Source: Omnitrophica WOR_2 bacterium RIFOXYA2_FULL_38_17 (GTDB lineage: Bacteria > Omnitrophota > Gorgyraeia > Zapsychrales > Zapsychraceae). Taken from it: a stretch of 64,000 nucleotides of DNA. Of the stretch, positions 48,884 through 57,460 are shown in pieces. The stretch spans positions 220 through 64,219 of the forward strand of contig MHHG01000012.1 in the NCBI GenBank assembly GCA_001805965.1. The letters are read 5' to 3'. The notes beneath the pieces were generated by a model that saw nothing but the letters and a program-made list of their open reading frames with translations, had not been told where the DNA came from and made no database searches. The translations under genes were made by a program, and so were the position numbers. The stretch's first letter is position 1, and the number at the start of each line of letters is the position of its first letter.

Positions 48884-49784
48884 TCATTTCCTTAACTTTA
48901 GATGGATATATGTATTCCATACAATATTTAGTTTTATTACAAGTTGTGTTAAAGCAAGAAATGCACTCATATGGCGAATCAGGTAAAATGTATGTCCCAC
49001 ATTCATAAAAACTGAATTCAACCGGGGACGTCGGTCCAAACAAGCCAAGAACCCTCTTTTTTAATGCCAGTCCAATATGTAGCCCTAAAGTATCCGCGGT
49101 TACTATTAACCCGCATGAATTGATCCAATCAATATATTCATTAAGGTTATCAAATCCTTGCTGCCATGAAATTGAATATTGTTCCTTAAGCAATAACTCC
49201 AAATCTTTCCAATAATTATTAGGCCAGGATTTGTTTGTCCAGCGCTTTCCAGTTGTCCAATTAAAGCCGATGTCATAATTCTTCTCAGTCTTTGGTTTAT
49301 ATCCTAATATATATCCTTCACCTTTCCATTCTTTCCCAATAGCCTCTGCTAATATTTTTTGCCAACAATCCCTGTTCTTCTTCCTGTTTTCTACATGTTC
49401 ACTCATAAAAAGCAGTTGAGTCGATTTAAATAAAGTTCCATTTTTATTCGAGCAATTATCTTTAAACCCATAAAATTCGTCTGTTTTTAAAGAACGGCAA
49501 AACGATAGAATTTCATCAGTTTTTTCAAAATTTACAACAATATCAAAATTTTCGTTAAAAAGATCATTCAGATCACATTCTTGGTAAGATAAAATCCTAT
49601 CTATAAATTCATTCCCTTCTAACAAAGGAACAGCTTTCTCATCAACCAACCAGCTAACATAATAATCTTTGAAATAGTGAAGTATAAAAGTCGTCCTAAG
49701 AACATCTCCTAAGTTCACAGTTCTTCCTATGCTGTTTTCTAAGGTCTCTGAATACCCTAATTTTATTATTAATAATTTTCGCAT
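48840..49784 (-). CDS. Glycosyltransferase family 9 (heptosyltransferase-like)
   Basis: LGDVLRTT, NKSWP, TADTLGLH, LFGPT, CxxC...CM; likely ATG at 49784. Confidence 0.88.
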   Translation of the reverse strand: MRKLLIIKLGYSETLENSIGRTVNLGDVLRTTFILHYFKDYYVSWLVDEKAVPLLEGNEFIDRILSYQECDLNDLFNENFDIVVNFEKTDEILSFCRSLKTDEFYGFKDNCSNKNGTLFKSTQLLFMSEHVENRKKNRDCWQKILAEAIGKEWKGEGYILGYKPKTEKNYDIGFNWTTGKRWTNKSWPNNYWKDLELLLKEQYSISWQQGFDNLNEYIDWINSCGLIVTADTLGLHIGLALKKRVLGLFGPTSPVEFSFYECGTYILPDSPYECISCFNTTCNKTKYCMEYIYPSKVKEMIEHELKENISSGKI

Positions 49785-49832
49785 CTTTAAAAAACAATGA
49801 TTAACACATAATTTCACAAAACAAAGTGACTA

Positions 49833-49861
49833 ATTATACACTGTGTAAAAAGTTATGTCAT
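49833..49861 (-). promoter_or_regulatory. Predicted sigma70 promoter heading the radical SAM/glycosyltransferase cluster
   Basis: ATGACA-N17-TATAAT on the minus strand. Confidence 0.5.
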
Positions 49862-50134
49862 TATGAAATTTTTTAATATTAATATTGTAAAACCATTTTA
49901 ACAGTTATTTTTAGTATTAATTAAAGTATTATTAATTTACCAATCATAAAATTTTGAACTTTAGGTTAATCTTATGGAAAGGTCATTGCAAGTGAAATAC
50001 TTAGCAAGAACAAAAAACTATACGGCAGTAGACAGGAAATACAATATTGCAGCGGCCAAAACTTCTTTATGCATGTTTTTCTGATTTGCATTAGAACATT
50101 TTGGGATTTTATAATCGAATGAGAAAGCTCAAAC

Positions 50135-50515
50135 TTACTTATTTAAAGCTATTTCTCCCATATCTTCTCTGGCTAATTTGACCCAAAAAGAATCACCCTT
50201 GTTGCTTATTAATTTTTGATAAGTTAAGAATGCGTTTCTGTTATCCTGAATGTTTTTATAGCTTTTGGCCAAATAGTACAAAGCTACCTCATATATTGAA
50301 CTGTCATCGTTTTCCTCAATAAACTTTTCAAAGTTTTCTATCGCTTTATTATATTGACCCCTATGATAGTATTGCTTTGCTAGACCATATGCATTATCAA
50401 AGCAGGTGGACTTATCGTTCTCTTTTGAAAATTCAACAGGCTGACATCCAAGAAAAAAGTTACGGTTAACTAATGTTAATCCGAAAATAACTATTTTCAT
50501 AATATTCATCACCAT
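50135..50515 (-). CDS. TPR-containing probable lipoprotein (BamD/CpoB-like repeats)
   Basis: FFLGC lipobox-like motif; AIENFEKF and ALYYLAKSY TPR patterns. Confidence 0.7.
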   Translation of the reverse strand: MVMNIMKIVIFGLTLVNRNFFLGCQPVEFSKENDKSTCFDNAYGLAKQYYHRGQYNKAIENFEKFIEENDDSSIYEVALYYLAKSYKNIQDNRNAFLTYQKLISNKGDSFWVKLAREDMGEIALNK

Positions 50516-50586
50516 CTTTAAACATACAAAATTTCCTGAAGCATTAAAATATTAAAGAGTTACCATTTAAGATCAAATAAACTTTT

Positions 50587-51048
50587 TCAATATGATATAT
50601 GGCACACTCTAGGTTTGACTATCCTTTCAAATTCTCTATATGGCATTTTAATAACTTCATCATGCGACCCGCCATTAAATGCAATATTATCATCTTTGGT
50701 CAGCTCTTCTTCGACATAAACATCCAATCCATAAATATTGCCAAACGGCGGCATTGCACCAACTGCACAGTCTGGAAATATATTCTTAAATTCTTCTTCC
50801 TGCGCTAGCCTTATATCACCTTTCCTTATTGCTTTTCGTAAAAGCTTAAAATCCAATTTATAGCAAGCTGGCAAAACTAGCATTATCAATTCATCGTGTG
50901 ATCTAATTATTACTGTTTTTGCGAATTCTTTGCCGGGAGTGTGGGTTACTGCTGCAGTTTCTTGTGCTGTAAAAGCAGTCAAATGGTTTATTACTTGATA
51001 TGGGGCATCTTCGATATCTAGATAATTTTTTATTCTGTTAAACATCAT
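50587..51048 (-). CDS. YbaK/EbsC family aminoacyl-tRNA deacylase
   Basis: AKTVI, GAMPPFG, FNGGSH. Confidence 0.88.
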   Translation of the reverse strand: MMFNRIKNYLDIEDAPYQVINHLTAFTAQETAAVTHTPGKEFAKTVIIRSHDELIMLVLPACYKLDFKLLRKAIRKGDIRLAQEEEFKNIFPDCAVGAMPPFGNIYGLDVYVEEELTKDDNIAFNGGSHDEVIKMPYREFERIVKPRVCHISY

Positions 51049-51266
51049 AACTGCCTCCTTTCAATAAAAATTACAGTCATAAACTTCTTCAACTAAAATT
51101 TAAATCTCAGAGCCCGTTATAATGATTCTGTTACTAACTTATTGTTACCCTTTTCTTAAAGTACATTATATTCCTAATAATTTGCAAAGCAAAATAATTG
51201 TTGTTACCACAAAATGCTTAAAATCCATGCATTATTACAGCGAAATAACTCAACAGCCACTATTTT

Positions 51267-52037
51267 TTATTGATCTTTGGTTTTCTTCAATAACCGGTCA
51301 ACCCCAATACCAGCATATCCGCAGGCAAAAACAAGCAAAATCCCAAAGAAGCCGCCAGCAGCAAACGATGGTCTTCCTGAACTTTCGTTATATGTTTTTG
51401 CTAGGAACATGGCACAAATTATTGCAGGAACTGCCCTACCCCATGAAATCGTCCCATTACGACGAAATGCTATAAGAAACACTATACAAGATACAAAAGA
51501 CCAAGGAAGCGACTCAAAGTAGCTTATACCTCCGCCAACACCATATATAAGCGGAATGCCTATCAATCCTCCAATTATTAATACTCCCGTCATAAAAGCT
51601 TTATAATCTTTTTCTTTAAACAGCTCATCAGAAGCAATATTTTTCACTCGCGTTTCTGCAGAAATAAAGCCAACCTCTCCCTCTTCAGTCCTAACTTCTA
51701 CCCAATCAGACCCATTCTGGTTAATTAGATTTAACAAGGTAAGTTTTTCGCCTTTTTTTAAAGTCATTTTAACTTTAGAGTTAGAATCAGGATTTTGGTA
51801 TACATTAGCATTCTTCTGGCACAAAATAACCTCACGAATGCAGTAAACCTTAATATCTCCGAGCACATAACCTCTTGTGCCGTCTGACATAGTTGAAGCT
51901 ACCCACTCTGCTCCTTTATACTTCACAACCTTACCAAGAGTAAATTCATCACCTAAGCGCAATTCACCAACTACGTTTGATTCTTTATTACTTTGTTGAT
52001 AAACATCCGCTCTTTCATCAAGGACTCTAACTCTCAT
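51267..52037 (-). CDS. Protein with two bacterial SH3-like domains and C-terminal TM helices
   Basis: Two repeats of (A.VYQ.....S.V...L..G...W.......GY/F) then about 4 TM. Confidence 0.7.
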   Translation of the reverse strand: MRVRVLDERADVYQQSNKESNVVGELRLGDEFTLGKVVKYKGAEWVASTMSDGTRGYVLGDIKVYCIREVILCQKNANVYQNPDSNSKVKMTLKKGEKLTLLNLINQNGSDWVEVRTEEGEVGFISAETRVKNIASDELFKEKDYKAFMTGVLIIGGLIGIPLIYGVGGGISYFESLPWSFVSCIVFLIAFRRNGTISWGRAVPAIICAMFLAKTYNESSGRPSFAAGGFFGILLVFACGYAGIGVDRLLKKTKDQ

Positions 52038-52076
52038 TCCTTTAACCTTTCCTCTATCAATTAATAAATTTATCTA

Positions 52077-52454
52077 TTACCCTAAGATCCATTTAACTGC
52101 ATCATCGTAATTCTCGAATACTTTAACTTTATTTCTTGTTTTTATTTTTTTGCCTTTTGACCACAGCCTATGCCATTCGCCCAATAAACCCCTCTTAACT
52201 ACAATCGCTGACTTCCCTCCCCCGATATTTTCTTCGTTATTATTATGAAAAGTACTTATTTTTTGCAGATCATCCAGAGACATCTCATTAAAGTCTAAAG
52301 ACGTGTGATCAAATAACACATTGGAATTCGGCAAAAAGCAAGGATCTTGCAGCAAGGCTCTTGCCATTGCAATAAAATCCCCGGCATCTATATTGCCTTC
52401 AGTCTTTACCTCAAACGCCTCAATCAAATCTGAATAAATTATTTTAAAAGTCAT
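52077..52454 (-). CDS. Hypothetical STAS/SpoIIAA-like protein
   Basis: VLFDH, KSAIVV, C-terminal VFENYDDAVKWI. Confidence 0.55.
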   Translation of the reverse strand: MTFKIIYSDLIEAFEVKTEGNIDAGDFIAMARALLQDPCFLPNSNVLFDHTSLDFNEMSLDDLQKISTFHNNNEENIGGGKSAIVVKRGLLGEWHRLWSKGKKIKTRNKVKVFENYDDAVKWILG

Positions 52455-52463
52455 TCACTTCTT

Positions 52464-52730
52464 TCATTCTTTTCCCCATCGCCATTTGATCTCACCTTCA
52501 GTCTTATCTTTAAACAATGCAAAAAATAATCCAATTAATACAATGATATCAAGTTCAAATCTTAAACAATCTTTGACGGAAACATCAGTAGTTTCACTTG
52601 CAATCGGCATATCAATAAAAAGCGCGATTATAAATAATACCAGCAAACATAAAGTAGCTACCCATCCTTGCCAGGTTACAGGACTGAGCCCAAAACCATA
52701 TTTCTTATTTTTGAACCAATATTTATTCAT
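52464..52730 (-). CDS. Small membrane protein
   Basis: KYWFKNKKYGFGLSPVTWQGW, 2 TM, KWRWG; start 52730 from the AGGAG RBS. Confidence 0.7.
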   Translation of the reverse strand: MNKYWFKNKKYGFGLSPVTWQGWVATLCLLVLFIIALFIDMPIASETTDVSVKDCLRFELDIIVLIGLFFALFKDKTEGEIKWRWGKE

Positions 52731-52819
52731 TTTTTCTCCTTTTTTAATCAGGCTTAATCCCAAAGTAATAAAATGTACCTTTCTGCATAAAAATATCCAA
52801 AGGCAATTTTAAATCATCT

Positions 52820-54853
52820 CTAGTATTCTTTACTAGAGCATGAGTCTTCGACTATTTTTAAATTGCTGCTTAAATCAATTTCTTCGTTAAAACCAAATCT
52901 TGCTGCATGATATCTAGCAATAAACGACTCGATCAAGGCTATTATATTTTTAGGAACATTCTCCTGGCTTTCTAGTCTTGAAATCAATTCTGCATCTGTT
53001 TCTGATTTTCGCCTCATTATATCATATTTAGCTTTTAACAAATCTTCAAATGTCCTGTAAAACATTAAATACAAGGCCTTTCCTTTATCTTCTTTGTTTG
53101 AATCCATTTCTTTTCTTGTATTTCTCTTTTTCATTAAGGCCTTTATTCCTTTTTTAAGAACTTCTTCAAACACCAAAAGAGCTATTATCACTAACAGCAA
53201 ATAAACCAGAGTTTTTGTTTCAATGTCCAGTATCGCGGCTCGTATGCGTTTTTGCACACACCACATCCAGTCCGCAAATTTATTTATATCACTATCTTTT
53301 TCAAGCGCTTCTAATCTAGATGAAGAAGGCGTCGGATCAAATCTTACCCATTTATATAACTGCTCACCATTTTTATTATGAATTTTTTCTCCAGTCTTAA
53401 TATTAATCGACGGTAAAAGTGCTTCAACCCATGCATGAGCATCACGCCCTCTTACGATATAACGGTCTTTATTCCAAGATGATTCTTCTGACGCAAAAAA
53501 ACCTGTAGCCATTCTTGCAGGAATTCCCTGAGCCCTTAGCATTAAAACCATAGCTGTCGCGAAATAAGAGCAATAGGCAGGCTTATTTTTATATATCATA
53601 TAAAGTATGCCCCTATCATCAGCATTAAAATCAACATAAAGATTATATTCAAAGTAGTTAGTAAAATATTTTTGTATATTAATTGCGATAATCTGTGGAG
53701 TGTTCCCATCTCCCGCAGCATCAATGATGGCTTTTTTTAAATGCTCCTTCATAAAAGGCGAAATATTCAAATATTTTTTAATATCGACTTCTTTCACTGT
53801 TTTAAATGCTCTATCCTCATCCAGAAATATAGTTGCCTTGGGAATATTTTTATCGTTATTTATAACGATGCCATTCTCATCAATTTGATAGTTAGAACTC
53901 TTTCCTTCAATAGCAACAACTCCTCTAGGTAAAGGGATAACACCTTTAAGATGTTCAAACATGGAAATATTTAATGTCTTTATATAACTGCTCCTATGGC
54001 CAGGAATATCTGTCAGTGATAGGTCGTATTGCGCTTCCCATAATCCATTATTATATGTATCAAATACCTGTCCTACGAGATAGCTCAACTGATAATCTTT
54101 CTTATCGATCTCCATTATAGGCCTTATATCGCTGCGGCTATTGCCTGCTCCGGATAATAATAGCTTGGAATCAAAAAAACTAAAATGCCTACTAATTGCA
54201 TAATCTGTAATAAGGCTCATAACAAGCTGATCGCCCATTCGAATGCCGCTGATCAGCAAGACAAAAATAATAGAGCTGATTATTAAAAGAAATATCGGGT
54301 AGGAGTAAATGAGAATGTTTTTATGCTTTGTTTTTTTAAACTTCTCTTTCAGCTGCGATGAATATGGTAAATAAGACGGCATCATTATTATGCCAATAGT
54401 GACAAAACAGAACAGCCAAAAAATTAACTGGATCAGCGGATCAAAAGGCACATTTATTGAAGATGCAACCGTTAGCCATGCAAGAAATTTCAAATAGTAT
54501 GACCTATACTTATAATCAAATGAAAACCACATCAAAACTGCAACAAGTATCGAAGCCGATTGAATAGCTGAAAGCAAAATTGGGACAAAAGCAACTGCAT
54601 TTGCAGGAGGCGGAACAAAATTTCTCCAGATAGCGCTTAACAAAATTGATATATTAACAATATTTCTTACCGACATTTTAAACTTGGACTCTTTATTCTT
54701 CTCTTTTCTGATTAAAAGAAGCATAAATGACGGAAATGTAGCCAATATAGCTGCCCCTGGCAGGAAAACATCTTTTTGTGTTACTGCGTATATGATCCAG
54801 GACAATATTAAAGGAATATAAATTTCCGCCTGTATTCTTTTATCAATAATCAC
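52820..54853 (-). CDS. Membrane transglutaminase-like protein (TgpA-like)
   Basis: N-terminal TM bundle; Cys-His-Asp triad in YCSYFATAM, DAHAWVEA, FDPTP. Confidence 0.88.
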   Translation of the reverse strand: MIIDKRIQAEIYIPLILSWIIYAVTQKDVFLPGAAILATFPSFMLLLIRKEKNKESKFKMSVRNIVNISILLSAIWRNFVPPPANAVAFVPILLSAIQSASILVAVLMWFSFDYKYRSYYLKFLAWLTVASSINVPFDPLIQLIFWLFCFVTIGIIMMPSYLPYSSQLKEKFKKTKHKNILIYSYPIFLLIISSIIFVLLISGIRMGDQLVMSLITDYAISRHFSFFDSKLLLSGAGNSRSDIRPIMEIDKKDYQLSYLVGQVFDTYNNGLWEAQYDLSLTDIPGHRSSYIKTLNISMFEHLKGVIPLPRGVVAIEGKSSNYQIDENGIVINNDKNIPKATIFLDEDRAFKTVKEVDIKKYLNISPFMKEHLKKAIIDAAGDGNTPQIIAINIQKYFTNYFEYNLYVDFNADDRGILYMIYKNKPAYCSYFATAMVLMLRAQGIPARMATGFFASEESSWNKDRYIVRGRDAHAWVEALLPSINIKTGEKIHNKNGEQLYKWVRFDPTPSSSRLEALEKDSDINKFADWMWCVQKRIRAAILDIETKTLVYLLLVIIALLVFEEVLKKGIKALMKKRNTRKEMDSNKEDKGKALYLMFYRTFEDLLKAKYDIMRRKSETDAELISRLESQENVPKNIIALIESFIARYHAARFGFNEEIDLSSNLKIVEDSCSSKEY

Positions 54854-54933
54854 TTTTTAATCCTTGTCATTTTGATCCCAGCTAATTCTTTTTTTGATAA
54901 CTTTGTTCATACATTTTGCATCTTTTAACAATT

Positions 54934-56184
54934 TTACCGAATAAGCCCTTCTTTATCTTTTGTATATATAACAGTAGCCTCTCTGTCAGGCTGTATGGTT
55001 AAAGGCTTGTCTCGGAAAATAAGCACTCTTATCTTTGTTCCCCTGGACTCAATTGAGTCACACAGCTCTTGTCTTCTTTTGTCCCAATCGCCTAAAAGAA
55101 TTATCATTGAAGACAACTGCTTTATATATGGCGATAAATGATCCTGAAGAAGTTCAAAATTTACATTTTTGGTTTCTTCAATCCCGGCTAACAGTTCAAG
55201 CAAATTTTCCAAATGGGCCAATGCCCTTCCCATCTGAAAATGATGAAGAATATCGCCTGCAGCAAATAGATCAATAATATAATCCTTTTTTGCAATCGCA
55301 TCAGCAATGCCCGCAGCTACTGAAATGCGAGTTTCAAATATTTCAGCATCCTTCTGCCATAAAGATGATTGTTCAGTATCAAGCAAAATACCGATACGAA
55401 TAAAATATTCATCAACATATTCTTTTACAATTAATTTTCCTGTTCTCGCATAAGAAGACCAGTGGATATCTTTTAGCCTGTCGCCCTTCCGATAATCACG
55501 GGTATTTAAAAATTCATTTGAATCACCGACATTAGAACTAATGGCAATCCCGCCAGGCTGATAAACCCGTTTAAAAGGCACATAAAAATCTGTCTGGGTT
55601 ATGAACTTAGGATAAACGATCAATTTGTCCTTTTTGGGGATCTTAACTGGGAACCTCAAGATTTCTGAAGGAAAGCTGCTTCCCACTAATAAATAAGCCA
55701 AATCATAGATGTCCCGATACTTGCATCTTATAACCAGTTTAATTGTGGCAATTTCGCCGGGCTCTAACCAATCAACAAAACCTTCATAAGAAGCATGGTC
55801 CGGAGCATCATAAATTCCATAAGGCAGAACACCTTCTGAAATTTTAACATTACGGACAGGGTATCTCCCTTCATTCTTAACAGCAACATCATAAACAATG
55901 AAATCACCCGCACTACAAGGTAACGGCATAAAACGATCAACAGATATTTTAGGCCTATTAAAATATGCAAAGATAAACGCTGTAATAAAAATGGCGATCA
56001 AAATACTAGGAAGAATATATGCATCAATATGTAAGCCCGGAGAAGAAACCATGCCTCCGATAAAAATTATCCCGCAGAGTATCCTTCCAATGTCAGTAAA
56101 CCACATTCTCGAATAGATCACAGAACGTTTAACAAACGTGTGGTCTTCTGCCGACATAAAAAATGAATATTTTCTCTTTGGCAT
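54934..56184 (-). CDS. DUF58 (vWA-related) membrane protein
   Basis: VYP, EFLNTRDYRKGDRLKDIHW..YARTGKLIVKEY, ILLD. Confidence 0.9.
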   Translation of the reverse strand: MPKRKYSFFMSAEDHTFVKRSVIYSRMWFTDIGRILCGIIFIGGMVSSPGLHIDAYILPSILIAIFITAFIFAYFNRPKISVDRFMPLPCSAGDFIVYDVAVKNEGRYPVRNVKISEGVLPYGIYDAPDHASYEGFVDWLEPGEIATIKLVIRCKYRDIYDLAYLLVGSSFPSEILRFPVKIPKKDKLIVYPKFITQTDFYVPFKRVYQPGGIAISSNVGDSNEFLNTRDYRKGDRLKDIHWSSYARTGKLIVKEYVDEYFIRIGILLDTEQSSLWQKDAEIFETRISVAAGIADAIAKKDYIIDLFAAGDILHHFQMGRALAHLENLLELLAGIEETKNVNFELLQDHLSPYIKQLSSMIILLGDWDKRRQELCDSIESRGTKIRVLIFRDKPLTIQPDREATVIYTKDKEGLIR

Positions 56185-57131
56185 TATCTTGGCACTTTAA
56201 TAGCTGAGATAATATCAGCAATGATTGAAGACCTGGCAATTCCTCCATACTGTGCTTTTGTATCAAGTAAAATACGGTGTGAAAGCACATAGGTTGCCAG
56301 CTCTTTAACATCTTCAGGGATTACATAGTCGCGGCCATTCATAATAGCGCGTGCCCTGACAATCCGGCCATAAAGAAGCGTGCCACGGGTCGAAACCCCT
56401 AACCTTAGCTGACGATGCAATCTTGTTTCTAAGACTATTTTTAATAAATAATCGCTTATTGATTCTTCAATTTTTACTTTATCGACAAGCTCTCTCAAGA
56501 GTTTAAAATCGTCTAAAGAAAGGACAGAACTTATGCTATCTACAGGATCCGCGCTTGTTCTGCTTATCAAAAGCGCCTTTTCTTTGTTTTCTGGCGGATA
56601 ACCAAGGTCTATCTGAAGCATAAACCTATCAAGCTGTGCTTCAGGCAATGGATAGGTCCCGTGATAATCAATCGGGTTTTGTGTGGCAATTACAATAAAA
56701 GGCTGTGGAAGATAATGGCTTTCCCCGTCAACAGTTACCTGCTCCTCACTCATTGCCTCTAGAAGCGCTGACTGAGTTCTTGGTGATGCCCTGTTGATTT
56801 CATCGCCTAATAAAATGTTCGCGAAAATAGGCCCTTTTTTAAATATAAATGCATTAGTATCTTTATCGAAAATATTATTACCGGTTATGTCTGTGGGCAG
56901 CAGGTCGGGAGTAAATTGAATCCTGTTAAACTCGCCATCCACAGTTTTGGAAATTGCACGTGCCAGAGTTGTTTTTCCTACCCCGGGGATATCTTCTATT
57001 AAAATATGTCCGCCTGAAACAAGCGCAAGAACAACAAGCTGAAGCTTATCCTCTTTCCCGTGTATAACCAAAGAAATGTTGTCTCTCACTGCTTGCATCA
57101 ATTTGCTAGCATCATTAATAGATAACGACAT
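56184..57131 (-). CDS. moxR: MoxR family AAA+ ATPase
   Basis: EDIPGVGKT, RIQFTPDLLPTD, DEINRA, ATQNP, YPLPEAQLDRF; ATG at 57131 with AGGAGG. Confidence 0.93.
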   Translation of the reverse strand: MSLSINDASKLMQAVRDNISLVIHGKEDKLQLVVLALVSGGHILIEDIPGVGKTTLARAISKTVDGEFNRIQFTPDLLPTDITGNNIFDKDTNAFIFKKGPIFANILLGDEINRASPRTQSALLEAMSEEQVTVDGESHYLPQPFIVIATQNPIDYHGTYPLPEAQLDRFMLQIDLGYPPENKEKALLISRTSADPVDSISSVLSLDDFKLLRELVDKVKIEESISDYLLKIVLETRLHRQLRLGVSTRGTLLYGRIVRARAIMNGRDYVIPEDVKELATYVLSHRILLDTKAQYGGIARSSIIADIISAIKVPR

Positions 57132-57460
57132 AAATTTATACCCTCCTATCAATTATTGACATAATTTAATTTCTGCATCAGAGCACAATGCAATACATTT
57201 TATCACAAAAAGTAAGAAAATAAAGCTGACTCTGGACTTAATCAAACATATTGGAAAATATTATTAAACCCAAAGCACTAAACCAGCACTATATTAAAGT
57301 CTATTATTTATGAAACTTTCTAAATTATAATCTGCTAAAAACTATTGATTTAAATAAGCTTATGTGTTTGAATATAAACAATTAACAACACCGCTCATTG
57401 AATTTGATTAATAATATATTGTTAAATTATGTAAAACAAACAATCTTCCCGGAGGATAAC

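Noticed and set aside
49972-50091. 39-codon Cys-containing ORF (MQIRKTCIKKFWPLQYCISCLLPYSFLFLLSISLAMTFP) upstream of the radical SAM cluster as a possible RiPP precursor
   Set aside because: No clear RBS, it lies upstream of the predicted cluster promoter, the rSAMs show no evident RRE domain, and there is no peptidase or ABC exporter. The context points to sugar substrates.
51129-51207. Three TGTTAC hexamers upstream of the ybaK-like gene
   Set aside because: Irregular spacing that does not fit the NikR N13 repeat; could be chance in AT-rich DNA.
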